From the NCBI RefSeq assembly GCF_024502345.1, contig NZ_JALDNN010000001.1: 64,000 nucleotides of DNA; one strand, written 5' to 3'. Source of the stretch: Escherichia coli (GTDB lineage Bacteria > Pseudomonadota > Gammaproteobacteria > Enterobacterales > Enterobacteriaceae). Positions 27,391 to 39,615 of the stretch are shown here, piece after piece. Within the stretch, counting starts at the first letter, position 1. Every line of letters begins with the position of its first letter. Below the pieces are notes generated by a model. That model made no database searches. It worked only from the letters and a program-made list of their open reading frames with translations, and had not been told where the DNA came from. The translations under genes and the position numbers were made by a program.

Positions 27391-28040
27391 TGTTGGATCT
27401 GTTTGCCGATGCTGAACCGTGGCAAGAGCCACTGGCGGCTGGAGCGGTAATTTTGCACCGTTTTGCTTTTAACGCTGCGGAGCAACTGATCCGCGATATT
27501 AATGACGTTGCCAGCCAGTCGCCGTTTCGCCAGATGGTCACCCCCGGGGGATATACCATGTCGGTGGCGATGACCAACTGTGGGCATCTGGGCTGGACGA
27601 GCCATCGGCAAGGTTATCTCTATTCGCCCATTGATCCGCAAACAAATAAACCGTGGCCCGCCATGCCACAGAGTTTTCATAATTTATGTCAACGTGCGGC
27701 TACGGCGGCGGGCTATCCAGATTTCCAGCCAGATGCTTGTCTTATCAACCGCTACGCTCCTGGCGCGAAACTGTCGCTGCATCAGGATAAAGACGAACCG
27801 GATCTGCGCGCGCCAATTGTTTCTGTTTCTCTGGGCTTACCCGCGATTTTTCAGTTTGGTGGCCTGAAACGTAATGATCCGCTCAAACGTTTGTTGTTGG
27901 AACATGGCGATGTGGTGATATGGGGCGGTGAATCGCGGCTGTTTTATCACGGTATTCAACCGTTGAAAGCGGGGTTTCATCCACTCACCACCGACTGCCG
28001 CTACAACCTGACATTCCGTCAGGCAGGTAAAAAAGAATAA
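27390..28040 (+). CDS. alkB: Fe(II)/2-oxoglutarate-dependent DNA/RNA demethylase AlkB
   Basis: 216 aa. TAATG overlap with the ada stop, and HxD motif LHQDKDE. Confidence 0.97.
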   Translation: MLDLFADAEPWQEPLAAGAVILHRFAFNAAEQLIRDINDVASQSPFRQMVTPGGYTMSVAMTNCGHLGWTSHRQGYLYSPIDPQTNKPWPAMPQSFHNLCQRAATAAGYPDFQPDACLINRYAPGAKLSLHQDKDEPDLRAPIVSVSLGLPAIFQFGGLKRNDPLKRLLLEHGDVVIWGGESRLFYHGIQPLKAGFHPLTTDCRYNLTFRQAGKKE

Positions 28041-28115
28041 AAATAAGAATTATTATTGCTGTGCGCGCGAAGATGTTTAAACTGCGGGCTGTAATTCATT
28101 GTCCGGGTTTTCTGC

Positions 28116-29759
28116 ATGGAACTTCTTGTACTTGTCTGGCGGCAGTATCGCTGGCCATTTATCAGTGTGATGGCGCTAAGCCTCGCCAGTGCGGCATTAG
28201 GCATTGGCTTAATTGCTTTTATCAATCAGCGCCTTATCGAAACGGCGGATACCAGTCTGCTGGTATTGCCGGAGTTTCTGGGATTATTGCTGCTGTTGAT
28301 GGCAGTCACTCTCGGATCGCAACTGGCGCTCACCACTTTGGGGCATCACTTCGTTTACCGACTGCGTAGTGAATTTTTCAAGCGGATTCTGGATACCAAC
28401 GTCGAGCGCATTGAACAACTCGGTAGCGCCTCGTTGCTGGCGGGATTAACCAGCGATGTGCGCAATATCACCATTGCTTTTGTGCGTCTGCCGGAACTGG
28501 TGCAGGGGATCATTCTCACTATCGGTTCAGCGGCGTATCTGTGGATGCTGTCGGGCAAAATGTTGCTGGTAACGGCTATCTGGATGGCGATCACCATCTG
28601 GGGTGGTTTTGTACTGGTGGCGCGGGTGTACAAACATATGGCGACCCTGCGTGAAACCGAAGACAAGCTGTACACGGATTTTCAAACCGTACTCGAAGGG
28701 CGCAAAGAGCTGACTCTGAATCGGGAACGCGCCGAGTATGTGTTTAACAACCTCTACATTCCTGATGCGCAAGAGTATCGCCATCATATTATCCGCGCAG
28801 ACACCTTCCATCTTAGTGCCGTGAACTGGTCAAACATCATGATGCTGGGCGCTATCGGCCTGGTGTTCTGGATGGCGAACAGTCTCGGTTGGGCTGATAC
28901 CAACGTTGCTGCGACCTATTCGTTGACACTGTTATTCCTGCGTACGCCGCTGCTTTCGGCGGTTGGCGCATTGCCGACGCTGCTGACGGCGCAGGTGGCG
29001 TTTAACAAGCTGAACAAATTCGCACTCGCGCCTTTCAAAGCAGAGTTTCCGCGCCCGCAGGCGTTTCCCAACTGGCAAACGCTGGAGCTGCGTAACGTGA
29101 CGTTTGCTTATCAGGATAACGCGTTTTCCGTTGGTCCGATTAACCTCACCATCAAACGTGGTGAACTGCTGTTTCTGATTGGCGGCAACGGTAGCGGAAA
29201 ATCGACGCTGGCGATGTTGCTGACGGGCTTGTATCAGCCACAAAGCGGCGAAATCTTGCTGGATGGCAAACCTGTCAGCGGCGAACAACCGGAAGATTAT
29301 CGCAAACTGTTTTCGGCAGTGTTTACCGATGTCTGGCTGTTTGATCAACTGCTGGGGCCGGAGGGTAAACCCGCTAACCCGCAACTGGTTGAGAAGTGGC
29401 TGGCGCAGCTGAAAATGGCTCATAAGCTTGAGTTAAGCAACGGGCGTATTGTTAACCTGAAGTTATCAAAAGGGCAGAAAAAACGCGTGGCGCTGTTGCT
29501 GGCGCTGGCAGAAGAACGCGATATTATCCTGCTGGATGAATGGGCGGCGGATCAGGATCCACACTTCCGTCGTGAGTTTTATCAGGTGTTGCTGCCGCTG
29601 ATGCAGGAGATGGGTAAAACTATTTTCGCTATCAGTCATGATGATCATTACTTTATCCACGCCGACCGCCTGCTGGAAATGCGCAATGGGCAACTTAGCG
29701 AGCTGACGGGCGAAGAGCGCGATGCCGCTTCGCGTGATGCCGTTGCCCGGACGGCATAA
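28116..29759 (+). CDS. yojI: ABC transporter YojI (fused permease/ATPase; microcin J25 efflux in K-12)
   Basis: 547 aa. N-terminal TM domain, Walker [10 protein letters not shown], signature LSKGQKKR, Walker [12 protein letters not shown]. Confidence 0.95.
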   Translation: MELLVLVWRQYRWPFISVMALSLASAALGIGLIAFINQRLIETADTSLLVLPEFLGLLLLLMAVTLGSQLALTTLGHHFVYRLRSEFFKRILDTNVERIEQLGSASLLAGLTSDVRNITIAFVRLPELVQGIILTIGSAAYLWMLSGKMLLVTAIWMAITIWGGFVLVARVYKHMATLRETEDKLYTDFQTVLEGRKELTLNRERAEYVFNNLYIPDAQEYRHHIIRADTFHLSAVNWSNIMMLGAIGLVFWMANSLGWADTNVAATYSLTLLFLRTPLLSAVGALPTLLTAQVAFNKLNKFALAPFKAEFPRPQAFPNWQTLELRNVTFAYQDNAFSVGPINLTIKRGELLFLIGGNGSGKSTLAMLLTGLYQPQSGEILLDGKPVSGEQPEDYRKLFSAVFTDVWLFDQLLGPEGKPANPQLVEKWLAQLKMAHKLELSNGRIVNLKLSKGQKKRVALLLALAEERDIILLDEWAADQDPHFRREFYQVLLPLMQEMGKTIFAISHDDHYFIHADRLLEMRNGQLSELTGEERDAASRDAVARTA

Positions 29760-29964
29760 TATTACGACGCTGACCTGGCGGACTGCTGCCGTCAGGTCAA
29801 TATGCTAAAAATCCCTTCATTTCTAATAACCCTATAATTAATCAACGAAATTATAATGTTTCTAAAATTAGAATATAATTTATAAACATTATTTAAATGT
29901 TGTTACTTAAGTGTTACCGTTGATGCCGCGCAAATCTCACCTGCAATAAAGCGACTAAAAGTAA

Positions 29965-31623
<1,659 letters not shown>

Positions 31624-31629
31624 TGATGT

Positions 31630-31660
31630 GCCACATCCGGCATGGTATGCCGGATGTGGC
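31630..31660 (+). terminator. Perfect 14-bp stem-loop just after the mqo stop
   Basis: gccacatccggcat-ggt-atgccggatgtggc. There is no clear T-run, so it may be a REP-like hairpin or RNA stabiliser rather than an intrinsic terminator. Confidence 0.45.
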
Positions 31661-31661
31661 G

Positions 31662-32110
31662 TATGCTGATAAGACGCGCCAGCGTCGCATCAGGCAACCG
31701 GCTCGGGCGTTAGATGTCGGATGCGGCGTGACCGCCTTATCCGACCTACGGGGTGGAGCACTTCACAGCGGTGTAGGCCTGATAAGACGCGTCAGCGTCG
31801 CATCAGGCAACCGGCTCGGACGTTGGATGTCGGATGCGGCGTAACCGCCTTATCCGACCTACGGGGTGGAGCACTTCACAGCGGTGTAGGCCTGATAAGA
31901 CGCGTCAGCGTCGCATCAGGCAACCGGCTCGGACGTTGGATGTCGGATGCGGCGTAACCGACTTATTCGACCTACGGGGTGGAGCACTTCACAGCGGCGT
32001 AGGCCTGATAAGACGCGTCAGCGTCGCATCAGGCAACCGGCTCGGGCGTTAGATGTCGGATGCGGCGTGACCGCCTTATCCGACCTACGGGGTGACGCAC
32101 TTCACAGCAG
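31662..32110. repeat. Tandem array of about four 113-bp BIME (paired REP) units
   Basis: The unit gtaggcctgataagacgcgtcagcgtcgcatcaggcaaccggctcgg-cgtt-gatgtcggatgcggcgt-accgccttatccgacctacggggtggagcacttcacagcgg repeats. Three track ORFs start exactly 113 nt apart (31721, 31834, 31947) with near-identical translations. Confidence 0.92.
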
Positions 32111-32111
32111 T

Positions 32112-32600
32112 TTAGCGAACTACCGCGTTGTCAATTTTCTCTTCCGCCTTCCAGACGCGGTACTTCACATCTACATTGTCTGGCGTATACACCACGATCG
32201 GCAGCTTGCTGTTGTAACGCAGCATTCCAGCATCGCCCAGATACGCGGTGACAAATTTCTTCTCTTTCTTGCCATCCGGGCAGGCCATCATCGTGGAAAC
32301 CGGCGAGCTAACTTTATCAAAGACATAATAATCATAGCCCCAGCCTTCCAGCGTTTTGCTTTCCAGCTTCCCGCCGAGACGATGCAAATTGCAATCGACT
32401 TCCAGCGTCTGACCGATTAACAGTTCTACTTTCAGGGTAGATTCATCTTCTTGCGGGGTTAACTGAATCACCTGACGCTTCATGCCTTTTTCAGCTTGTG
32501 GATAAGGCGCGATTTTTTCCAGTGGCTGGACGCTCTCTGCCGCCCAGGCGGAAGTGGTGGCGAAAGCGGCAAACAATACTGCAGGTAGAATGGTCTTCAT
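32112..32600 (-). CDS. eco: Ecotin, periplasmic serine protease inhibitor
   Basis: 162 aa, signal peptide [20 protein letters not shown], reactive-site loop [13 protein letters not shown]. Confidence 0.97.
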
Positions 32601-32858
32601 TTTTTGCTTTCCTTCTTCATTTATAGGTTTGCACCGATGATGTCGCTGAAGGTTAACATATTCATCAGATTTATTAATTTGCTTTATGAATAACTTAAAG
32701 AATATTCAGACAATTTTACCTGCTCTTTTAGTGTTAAATTCTGATGAGAGAGCAAAACAGCAGAAATATCTCTGGTGAATTAATCGCTATATAAATATAT
32801 TTATAACCATTTGAAATGTGAGCAAAAGCCCGTTTTTGCCACGCTTCCCGCCACTCTT

Positions 32859-32893
32859 TTGATCCTGCTACAGGTTTTACCTCGATCGGGGTA
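32859..32893 (+). promoter_or_regulatory. napF control region: FNR site plus NarP/NarL 7-2-7 site
   Basis: ttgat-cctg-ctaca (32859-32872) and tacctcg-at-cggggta (32878-32893). Their centres are 20 bp apart, as in the published -64.5 and -44.5 architecture. taatat at 32914-32919 fits a -10 hexamer. Confidence 0.75.
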
Positions 32894-33006
32894 TGCATCT
32901 TTGACACATCCTTTAATATCTTAGCGGCTATAAAAATGGCTTATTAATTATGCGGTTTATTTGGTCGCTCTCAATTTTCAGAGCGCGTTAATGATGGAAG
33001 GTCAAT

Positions 33007-33501
33007 GTGAAGATTGATGCATCCCGTCGGGGCATACTCACTGGTCGCTGGCGCAAAGCCAGTAACGGTATCCGTCCGCCCTGGTCCGGTGATGAATCTC
33101 ATTTTCTGACCCATTGCACCCGCTGCGACGCCTGTATTAATGCTTGTGAAAACAACATTCTGCAACGCGGCGCGGGCGGCTATCCGAGCGTTAATTTCAA
33201 AAATAACGAGTGCAGCTTCTGTTACGCCTGCGCGCAGGCTTGCCCCGAATCGCTATTTTCTCCGCGCCACACCAGGGCCTGGGATTTGCAGTTCACCATT
33301 GGGGACGCGTGCCTGGCGTATCAGTCAGTTGAATGCCGCCGCTGTCAGGATAGCTGTGAGCCAATGGCAATTATCTTTCGCCCGACGCTCTCCGGGATCT
33401 ACCAGCCGCAACTTAATAGCCAACTTTGCAACGGATGTGGAGCATGTGCAGCCAGCTGTCCGGTATCAGCCATAACTGCGGAGTATCTCCATGCACACTA
33501 A
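33007..33501 (+). CDS. napF: Ferredoxin-type protein NapF
   Basis: 164 aa, GTG start, MKIDASRRGILTGRW, with multiple CxxCxxCxxxCP clusters. Confidence 0.95.
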   Translation: MKIDASRRGILTGRWRKASNGIRPPWSGDESHFLTHCTRCDACINACENNILQRGAGGYPSVNFKNNECSFCYACAQACPESLFSPRHTRAWDLQFTIGDACLAYQSVECRRCQDSCEPMAIIFRPTLSGIYQPQLNSQLCNGCGACAASCPVSAITAEYLHAH

Positions 33502-33754
33502 CTGGCAAGTTTGCAGCCTGGTCGTGCAGGCCAAAAGCGAACGAATTTCAGACATCAGCACCCAACTGAACGCCTTTCCCGGCTGTGAAGTTGCTGTCAG
33601 CGACGCGCCGAGCGGTCAGTTGATTGTGGTGGTGGAAGCAGAAGACAGCGAAACGCTGATCCAAACCATTGAGTCAGTACGCAACGTAGAGGGCGTGCTG
33701 GCGGTGTCGCTGGTTTATCACCAGCAGGAAGAGCAAGGTGAGGAAACACCATGA
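33491..33754 (+). CDS. napD: NapA chaperone NapD
   Basis: 87 aa, [21 protein letters not shown]. Overlaps the napF end and the napA start. Confidence 0.95.
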   Translation: MHTNWQVCSLVVQAKSERISDISTQLNAFPGCEVAVSDAPSGQLIVVVEAEDSETLIQTIESVRNVEGVLAVSLVYHQQEEQGEETP

Positions 33755-36237
33755 AACTCAGTCGTCGTAGCTTTATGAAAGCTAACGCCGTTGCGGCCGC
33801 TGCGGCGGCTGCCGGTCTCAGCGTGCCGGGCGTTGCCCGCGCCGTTGTTGGTCAGCAGGAAGCCATCAAATGGGATAAAGCGCCGTGCCGTTTCTGCGGT
33901 ACTGGTTGCGGCGTTCTGGTCGGAACGCAGCAGGGGCGTGTGGTGGCCTGTCAGGGCGACCCGGACGCACCGGTTAACCGTGGCCTGAACTGCATTAAGG
34001 GCTATTTCCTGCCCAAGATCATGTACGGTAAAGACCGTTTGACGCAGCCGCTGCTGCGTATGAAAAACGGTAAATATGACAAAGAAGGCGAATTTACCCC
34101 AATCACCTGGGATCAGGCCTTCGATGTGATGGAAGAGAAATTCAAAACCGCCCTGAAAGAAAAAGGGCCGGAATCGATCGGTATGTTCGGTTCTGGTCAG
34201 TGGACTATCTGGGAAGGTTATGCCGCGTCCAAGCTGTTTAAAGCGGGCTTCCGTTCGAACAACATCGACCCGAACGCGCGTCACTGTATGGCGTCGGCAG
34301 TAGTTGGCTTTATGCGTACCTTTGGTATGGATGAGCCGATGGGCTGCTATGACGACATCGAGCAGGCTGACGCGTTTGTGCTGTGGGGCGCAAACATGGC
34401 GGAGATGCACCCGATCCTCTGGTCACGCATCACTAACCGTCGTCTCTCTAACCAGGACGTCACCGTGGCGGTGCTTTCAACCTACCAGCATCGTAGCTTC
34501 GAGCTGGCGGATAACGGCATCATCTTTACGCCACAGTCTGACCTGGTGATCCTGAACTACATCGCCAACTATATCATTCAAAACAATGCGATAAATCAGG
34601 ACTTCTTCAGCAAACACGTTAACCTGCGCAAAGGGGCGACGGACATCGGCTACGGTTTACGTCCGACCCATCCGCTGGAAAAAGCAGCGAAGAATCCGGG
34701 TTCTGACGCCTCCGAACCGATGAGCTTTGAAGATTACAAAGCCTTCGTTGCTGAGTATACGCTGGAAAAAACCGCTGAAATGACCGGCGTGCCGAAAGAC
34801 CAGTTAGAACAACTGGCGCAGCTGTATGCCGATCCGAACAAGAAAGTCATATCCTACTGGACGATGGGCTTCAACCAGCATACCCGTGGTGTGTGGGCCA
34901 ACAACCTGGTCTACAACCTGCACCTGCTGACCGGCAAAATTTCCCAGCCGGGTTGCGGTCCGTTCTCCCTGACCGGGCAGCCTTCCGCGTGTGGTACTGC
35001 GCGTGAAGTGGGCACCTTTGCTCACCGTCTGCCTGCGGACATGGTGGTAACTAACGAGAAACATCGTGATATCTGCGAGAAGAAGTGGAATATCCCGAGC
35101 GGCACCATTCCGGCGAAAATCGGTCTGCATGCGGTAGCACAAGACCGTGCGCTGAAAGACGGCAAGCTGAATGTTTACTGGACCATGTGTACCAACAACA
35201 TGCAGGCCGGGCCGAACATCAATGAAGAGCGTATGCCGGGCTGGCGCGATCCGCGCAACTTCATCATCGTCTCCGATCCGTATCCGACAGTCAGTGCGCT
35301 GGCCGCCGACTTGATCCTGCCGACCGCAATGTGGGTAGAGAAAGAGGGCGCTTACGGTAACGCCGAACGCCGTACTCAGTTCTGGCGTCAGCAGGTACAG
35401 GCGCCAGGCGAAGCGAAATCGGATCTCTGGCAGTTAGTCCAGTTCTCCCGCCGCTTCAAAACTGAAGAAGTATGGCCGGAAGAGCTGCTGGCGAAGAAAC
35501 CGGAACTGCGTGGCAAAACGCTGTACGAAGTTCTGTATGCCACCCCCGAAGTGAGCAAATTCCCGGTATCCGAACTGGCGGAAGATCAGCTGAACGATGA
35601 ATCCCGCGAGCTGGGCTTCTATCTGCAAAAAGGGCTGTTCGAAGAGTACGCATGGTTTGGTCGCGGTCACGGTCACGATCTCGCGCCGTTCGATGACTAC
35701 CACAAAGCGCGCGGTCTGCGCTGGCCGGTGGTGAACGGTAAAGAAACGCAGTGGCGTTACAGCGAAGGTAACGACCCGTACGTGAAAGCGGGCGAAGGCT
35801 ATAAGTTCTACGGTAAACCGGATGGTAAAGCGGTGATCTTCGCGCTGCCGTTCGAACCGGCGGCGGAAGCACCGGATGAAGAGTACGACCTGTGGCTCTC
35901 TACCGGACGCGTCCTGGAGCACTGGCACACCGGCAGTATGACTCGCCGTGTGCCGGAACTGCACCGTGCCTTCCCGGAAGCGGTCCTGTTTATTCACCCG
36001 CTGGATGCGAAAGCGCGCGATCTGCGCCGTGGCGACAAAGTGAAAGTGGTTTCTCGCCGTGGCGAAGTGATCTCGATTGTCGAAACGCGCGGTCGTAACC
36101 GTCCGCCGCAGGGCCTGGTGTACATGCCGTTCTTCGACGCCGCACAGCTGGTTAACAAACTAACGCTGGACGCGACCGATCCGCTCTCGAAAGAGACGGA
36201 CTTCAAGAAGTGCGCGGTCAAACTGGAGAAGGTGTAA
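33751..36237 (+). CDS. napA: Periplasmic nitrate reductase catalytic subunit NapA
   Basis: 828 aa, Tat signal [31 protein letters not shown], 4Fe-4S motif CRFCGTGCG. Confidence 0.98.
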   Translation: MKLSRRSFMKANAVAAAAAAAGLSVPGVARAVVGQQEAIKWDKAPCRFCGTGCGVLVGTQQGRVVACQGDPDAPVNRGLNCIKGYFLPKIMYGKDRLTQPLLRMKNGKYDKEGEFTPITWDQAFDVMEEKFKTALKEKGPESIGMFGSGQWTIWEGYAASKLFKAGFRSNNIDPNARHCMASAVVGFMRTFGMDEPMGCYDDIEQADAFVLWGANMAEMHPILWSRITNRRLSNQDVTVAVLSTYQHRSFELADNGIIFTPQSDLVILNYIANYIIQNNAINQDFFSKHVNLRKGATDIGYGLRPTHPLEKAAKNPGSDASEPMSFEDYKAFVAEYTLEKTAEMTGVPKDQLEQLAQLYADPNKKVISYWTMGFNQHTRGVWANNLVYNLHLLTGKISQPGCGPFSLTGQPSACGTAREVGTFAHRLPADMVVTNEKHRDICEKKWNIPSGTIPAKIGLHAVAQDRALKDGKLNVYWTMCTNNMQAGPNINEERMPGWRDPRNFIIVSDPYPTVSALAADLILPTAMWVEKEGAYGNAERRTQFWRQQVQAPGEAKSDLWQLVQFSRRFKTEEVWPEELLAKKPELRGKTLYEVLYATPEVSKFPVSELAEDQLNDESRELGFYLQKGLFEEYAWFGRGHGHDLAPFDDYHKARGLRWPVVNGKETQWRYSEGNDPYVKAGEGYKFYGKPDGKAVIFALPFEPAAEAPDEEYDLWLSTGRVLEHWHTGSMTRRVPELHRAFPEAVLFIHPLDAKARDLRRGDKVKVVSRRGEVISIVETRGRNRPPQGLVYMPFFDAAQLVNKLTLDATDPLSKETDFKKCAVKLEKV

Positions 36238-36243
36238 GCCATT

Positions 36244-36939
36244 ATGTCCCGGTCAGCGAAACCTCAAAATGGTCGCCGCCGCTTTCTGCGCGATGTCGTT
36301 CGCACAGCAGGCGGGCTGGCTGCCGTGGGTGTGGCGCTGGGGTTACAACAGCAAACCGCACGCGCATCTGGCGTGCGGTTGCGCCCGCCCGGAGCCATAA
36401 ACGAGAACGCCTTTGCCAGTGCCTGTGTGCGTTGCGGTCAGTGTGTTCAGGCTTGCCCTTACGACACCTTAAAACTGGCGACGCTGGCCTCTGGCCTGTC
36501 GGCGGGCACGCCATATTTTGTCGCACGGGATATTCCTTGCGAAATGTGTGAGGACATTCCGTGCGCCAAAGTGTGCCCGAGCGGTGCGCTGGATCGTGAG
36601 ATTGAATCGATCGACGACGCGCGGATGGGGCTGGCGGTACTGGTGGACCAGGAAAACTGTCTCAACTTTCAGGGGCTGCGCTGCGATGTTTGTTATCGCG
36701 AATGCCCGAAAATTGATGAGGCCATCACCCTGGAGCTGGAGCGCAACACGCGTACCGGTAAGCACGCCCGCTTTCTGCCGACGGTTCACAGCGACGCCTG
36801 TACCGGTTGCGGTAAGTGCGAAAAAGTATGCGTGCTGGAACAACCGGCAATCAAGGTGTTACCGCTGTCACTGGCGAAAGGGGAGTTAGGTCACCATTAC
36901 CGCTTCGGCTGGCTGGAGGGGAACAATGGCAAATCGTAA
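36244..36939 (+). CDS. napG: Ferredoxin-type protein NapG
   Basis: 231 aa, Tat motif GRRRFLRD, four Cys clusters. Confidence 0.96.
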
Positions 36940-37789
36940 ACGTGACGCCGGGCGCGAGGCGCTGGAGAAAAAAGGCTGGTGGCGCAGTCACCGTTGGCTG
37001 GTGTTACGTCGCCTTTGTCAGTTCTTCGTGCTGGGGATGTTTTTGAGCGGTCCGTGGTTTGGTGTGTGGATCTTGCACGGCAACTACAGCAGTAGCCTGT
37101 TATTCGACACCGTTCCGCTGACCGATCCGCTGATGACGCTGCAAAGTCTTGCCAGTGGTCATCTGCCTGCCACGGTGGCGTTGACCGGTGCGGTGATTAT
37201 CACCGTGCTCTACGCCCTGGCAGGAAAGCGATTATTTTGCAGCTGGGTCTGCCCGCTGAACCCGATTACCGACTTAGCGAACTGGTTACGCAGGCGCTTT
37301 GACCTCAATCAGTCTGCGACGATCCCTCGCCACATTCGCTACGTGCTGTTGGTGGTCATTCTGGTGGGATCTGCCTTAACTGGCACGCTCATCTGGGAAT
37401 GGATCAACCCCGTTTCCCTGATGGGGCGTAGCCTGGTAATGGGCTTCGGCAGCGGCGCGCTGCTTATTCTCGCGCTGTTTTTATTTGATCTACTGGTCGT
37501 TGAACACGGCTGGTGCGGGCACATTTGTCCGGTTGGCGCGCTGTATGGCGTGCTGGGTAGCAAAGGTGTGATTACCGTTGCGGCCAGCGATCGGCAGAAA
37601 TGTAACCGCTGTATGGATTGTTTTCATGTTTGCCCGGAACCGCATGTGCTACGTGCCCCGGTGCTGGATGAACAAAGCCCGGTGCAGGTCACCAGCCGCG
37701 ATTGCATGACGTGCGGTCGCTGCGTGGATGTCTGTTCTGAGGATGTATTTACAATAACTACACGATGGAGTTCGGGAGCGAAATCATGA
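36926..37789 (+). CDS. napH: Membrane ferredoxin-type protein NapH
   Basis: 287 aa with TM segments and C-terminal CxxCxxCxxxCP motifs. ATGA overlap with napB. Confidence 0.96.
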
Positions 37790-38229
37790 AAAGCCATGAC
37801 CTGAAGAAAGCGCTGTGTCAATGGACGGCGATGCTGGCCCTGGTGGTAAGCGGCGCGGTTTGGGCGGCTAATGGCGTCGATTTTAGCCAGTCGCCGGAAG
37901 TATCCGGGACGCAGGAAGGGGCCATTCGGATGCCAAAAGAGCAGGATCGGATGCCGCTGAACTATGTGAATCAGCCGCCAATGATCCCGCATAGCGTTGA
38001 AGGTTATCAGGTAACGACCAATACCAACCGCTGCTTGCAGTGCCACGGTGTCGAAAGCTATCGCACCACTGGCGCGCCGCGTATCAGTCCTACTCACTTT
38101 ATGGACAGCGACGGCAAAGTGGGCGCGGAAGTGGCTCCGCGTCGTTATTTCTGTCTGCAATGTCACGTACCGCAGGCCGATACCGCGCCAATCGTGGGGA
38201 ATACCTTTACCCCATCAAATACCGAATGA
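37786..38229 (+). CDS. napB: Di-haem cytochrome c NapB with a replaced C-terminus (last 3 codons and stop come from phage-side DNA)
   Basis: Starts [27 protein letters not shown]. Two CxxCH motifs (CLQCH, CLQCH). Ends ...GNTFTPSNTE*, whereas K-12 NapB as remembered ends ...TFTPSKGYGK. No napC follows. Confidence 0.85.
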   Translation: MKSHDLKKALCQWTAMLALVVSGAVWAANGVDFSQSPEVSGTQEGAIRMPKEQDRMPLNYVNQPPMIPHSVEGYQVTTNTNRCLQCHGVESYRTTGAPRISPTHFMDSDGKVGAEVAPRRYFCLQCHVPQADTAPIVGNTFTPSNTE

Positions 38230-38671
38230 AGTGGACTATCGAAAATTGCAGGAACTGTTCACGCGGATCGCCATCGATAAACATATTCAGCAAAAGCTTG
38301 AACATCCTCACCACCAGCTGGTGGCTACCTACCAGTCATTAAACCGCAAGTATTCAGAATTGCTGGAGGAATACAAAATCCTTCGGCGCTGCTTCTCTGT
38401 TTCCGCTCTTGTTCCTTATACCGACGTATGGACACATAAGCCTGTTCAGTTTTATCCAGGCAAACATCCATGCGAAAAACCTGCCGACATGCTGAAACAG
38501 ATCATTAGCGCCAGCAGCAGACCGGGGGATATCGTTGCCGATTTCTTTATGGGCTCTGGTTCAACTGTGAAAGCTGCAATAGAACTTGGCCGTCGGGCGA
38601 TCGGCGTAGAACTGGAGGCAGACAGGTTTATACAGACCACCGAAGAGGTGGAAAAACTGAAAAAATCATAA
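38218..38671 (+). pseudogene. 5'-truncated beta-class DNA (N6-adenine/N4-cytosine) methyltransferase
   Basis: Reads ...EVDYRKLQELF...PYTDVWTHKPVQFYPGKHPCEKPADMLKQIISASSRPGDIVADFFMGSGSTVKAAIELGRRAIGVELE. The AdoMet motif FxGSGST is present, but the upstream DPPY catalytic motif and a start codon are missing. The apparent N-terminus of track ORF 38048 is napB read out of frame. Confidence 0.8.
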
Positions 38672-38816
38672 CGATCACCACGCTCCCCCGTTGCTGTGGT
38701 GATCACCATCTTCAGGCACCGGGAATCATCCTTAATTTTTACTTGAACATAAGAGCCCGGTTGCCTGATCCCCTTCAATCACACACAGCGCCATCCGAAC
38801 TATCGGAGGTGAGGCT

Positions 38817-39095
38817 ATGACCAGAATGAGCACCATTTACAGCAGACTTTCATATGGATCAGGAACCACGCTTGCCGGCTGCGGTGTATCAGCGAAGGCA
38901 TATGCCGAAACAGCTAAAACAGCAAAAGAGGTGTCCTGGATGTTGGCCGACAGAATTGCAGGGTTAAGCCTGAGTGACTGGGCAATTATTGTCGGTATCG
39001 CATGCACAGTTATCACCTGTGCAGTGAACTGGTATTACAGGAAAAAGGAAAGGGAGGACCGGCTTAATGGCAATGTCACCAAAGCAGAAGAATAA
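38817..39095 (+). CDS. Holin, S21-like (pinholin-type) class II
   Basis: 92 aa. A weakly hydrophobic G/A/S-rich first segment (YGSGTTLAGCGVSA), a strong TMD (LSLSDWAIIVGIACTVITCAVNWYY) and a charged tail RKKEREDR. The pattern resembles phage 21 S21. Its 3' end overlaps the endolysin start. RBS ggaggtgagg. Confidence 0.7.
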   Translation: MTRMSTIYSRLSYGSGTTLAGCGVSAKAYAETAKTAKEVSWMLADRIAGLSLSDWAIIVGIACTVITCAVNWYYRKKEREDRLNGNVTKAEE

Positions 39096-39615
39096 ACTGA
39101 GCGCAGCGGTCGTTGGGTTAATTCTTGCCGGGGCTTCCGCACCCGTGATTCTCGATCAGTTTCTGGATGAGAAAGAGGGTAACAGCACAACAGCGTACAA
39201 GGACGGCTCTGGTATATGGACCATTTGTCGTGGCGCTACGATGGTTGATGGCAAGCCAGTAGTTCAGGGCATGAAGCTGTCTGCTGAGAAATGTTCCAAG
39301 GTGAACGCCATAGAACGCGACAAGGCGCTGGCGTGGGTCGAGCGAAACATCAAGGTGCCACTGACCGAACCACAGAAAGCCGGGATCGCGTCTTTCTGCC
39401 CATATAACATCGGTCCCGGAAAATGTTTCCCATCTACGTTCTATAAGCGAATAAATGCTGGCGACCGTGAAGGTGCCTGTGAAGCGATCCGCTGGTGGAT
39501 AAAAGACGGTGGTCGCGATTGTCGTCTGACCAAAGGGCAGAAGAACGGTTGCTATGGTCAGGTTGAACGGCGAGACCAGGAAAGCGCGTTGACGTGCTGG
39601 GGGATAGACCAGTGA
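39067..39615 (+). CDS. SAR endolysin (GH24 lysozyme with an N-terminal signal-arrest-release domain)
   Basis: 182 aa. N-terminal [19 protein letters not shown], then catalytic context [20 protein letters not shown] (E-x8-D-x5-T). Confidence 0.88.
   Translation: MAMSPKQKNKLSAAVVGLILAGASAPVILDQFLDEKEGNSTTAYKDGSGIWTICRGATMVDGKPVVQGMKLSAEKCSKVNAIERDKALAWVERNIKVPLTEPQKAGIASFCPYNIGPGKCFPSTFYKRINAGDREGACEAIRWWIKDGGRDCRLTKGQKNGCYGQVERRDQESALTCWGIDQ

Noticed and set aside
29853-29892. 9-bp inverted repeat ataatgttt/aaacattat upstream of mqo, a possible operator
   Set aside because: It lies in very AT-rich DNA where such palindromes arise by chance. I cannot link it to any known regulator consensus from memory.
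38048-38217. Apparent N-terminal 57 residues of the 207-aa track ORF, which would make a full-length methylase
   Set aside because: This part is napB read in a different frame (MSKAIAPLARRVSVLL...) and has no methyltransferase motifs. Only the portion after about 38,218 is methylase-like, so the ORF is a chance fusion across the junction.
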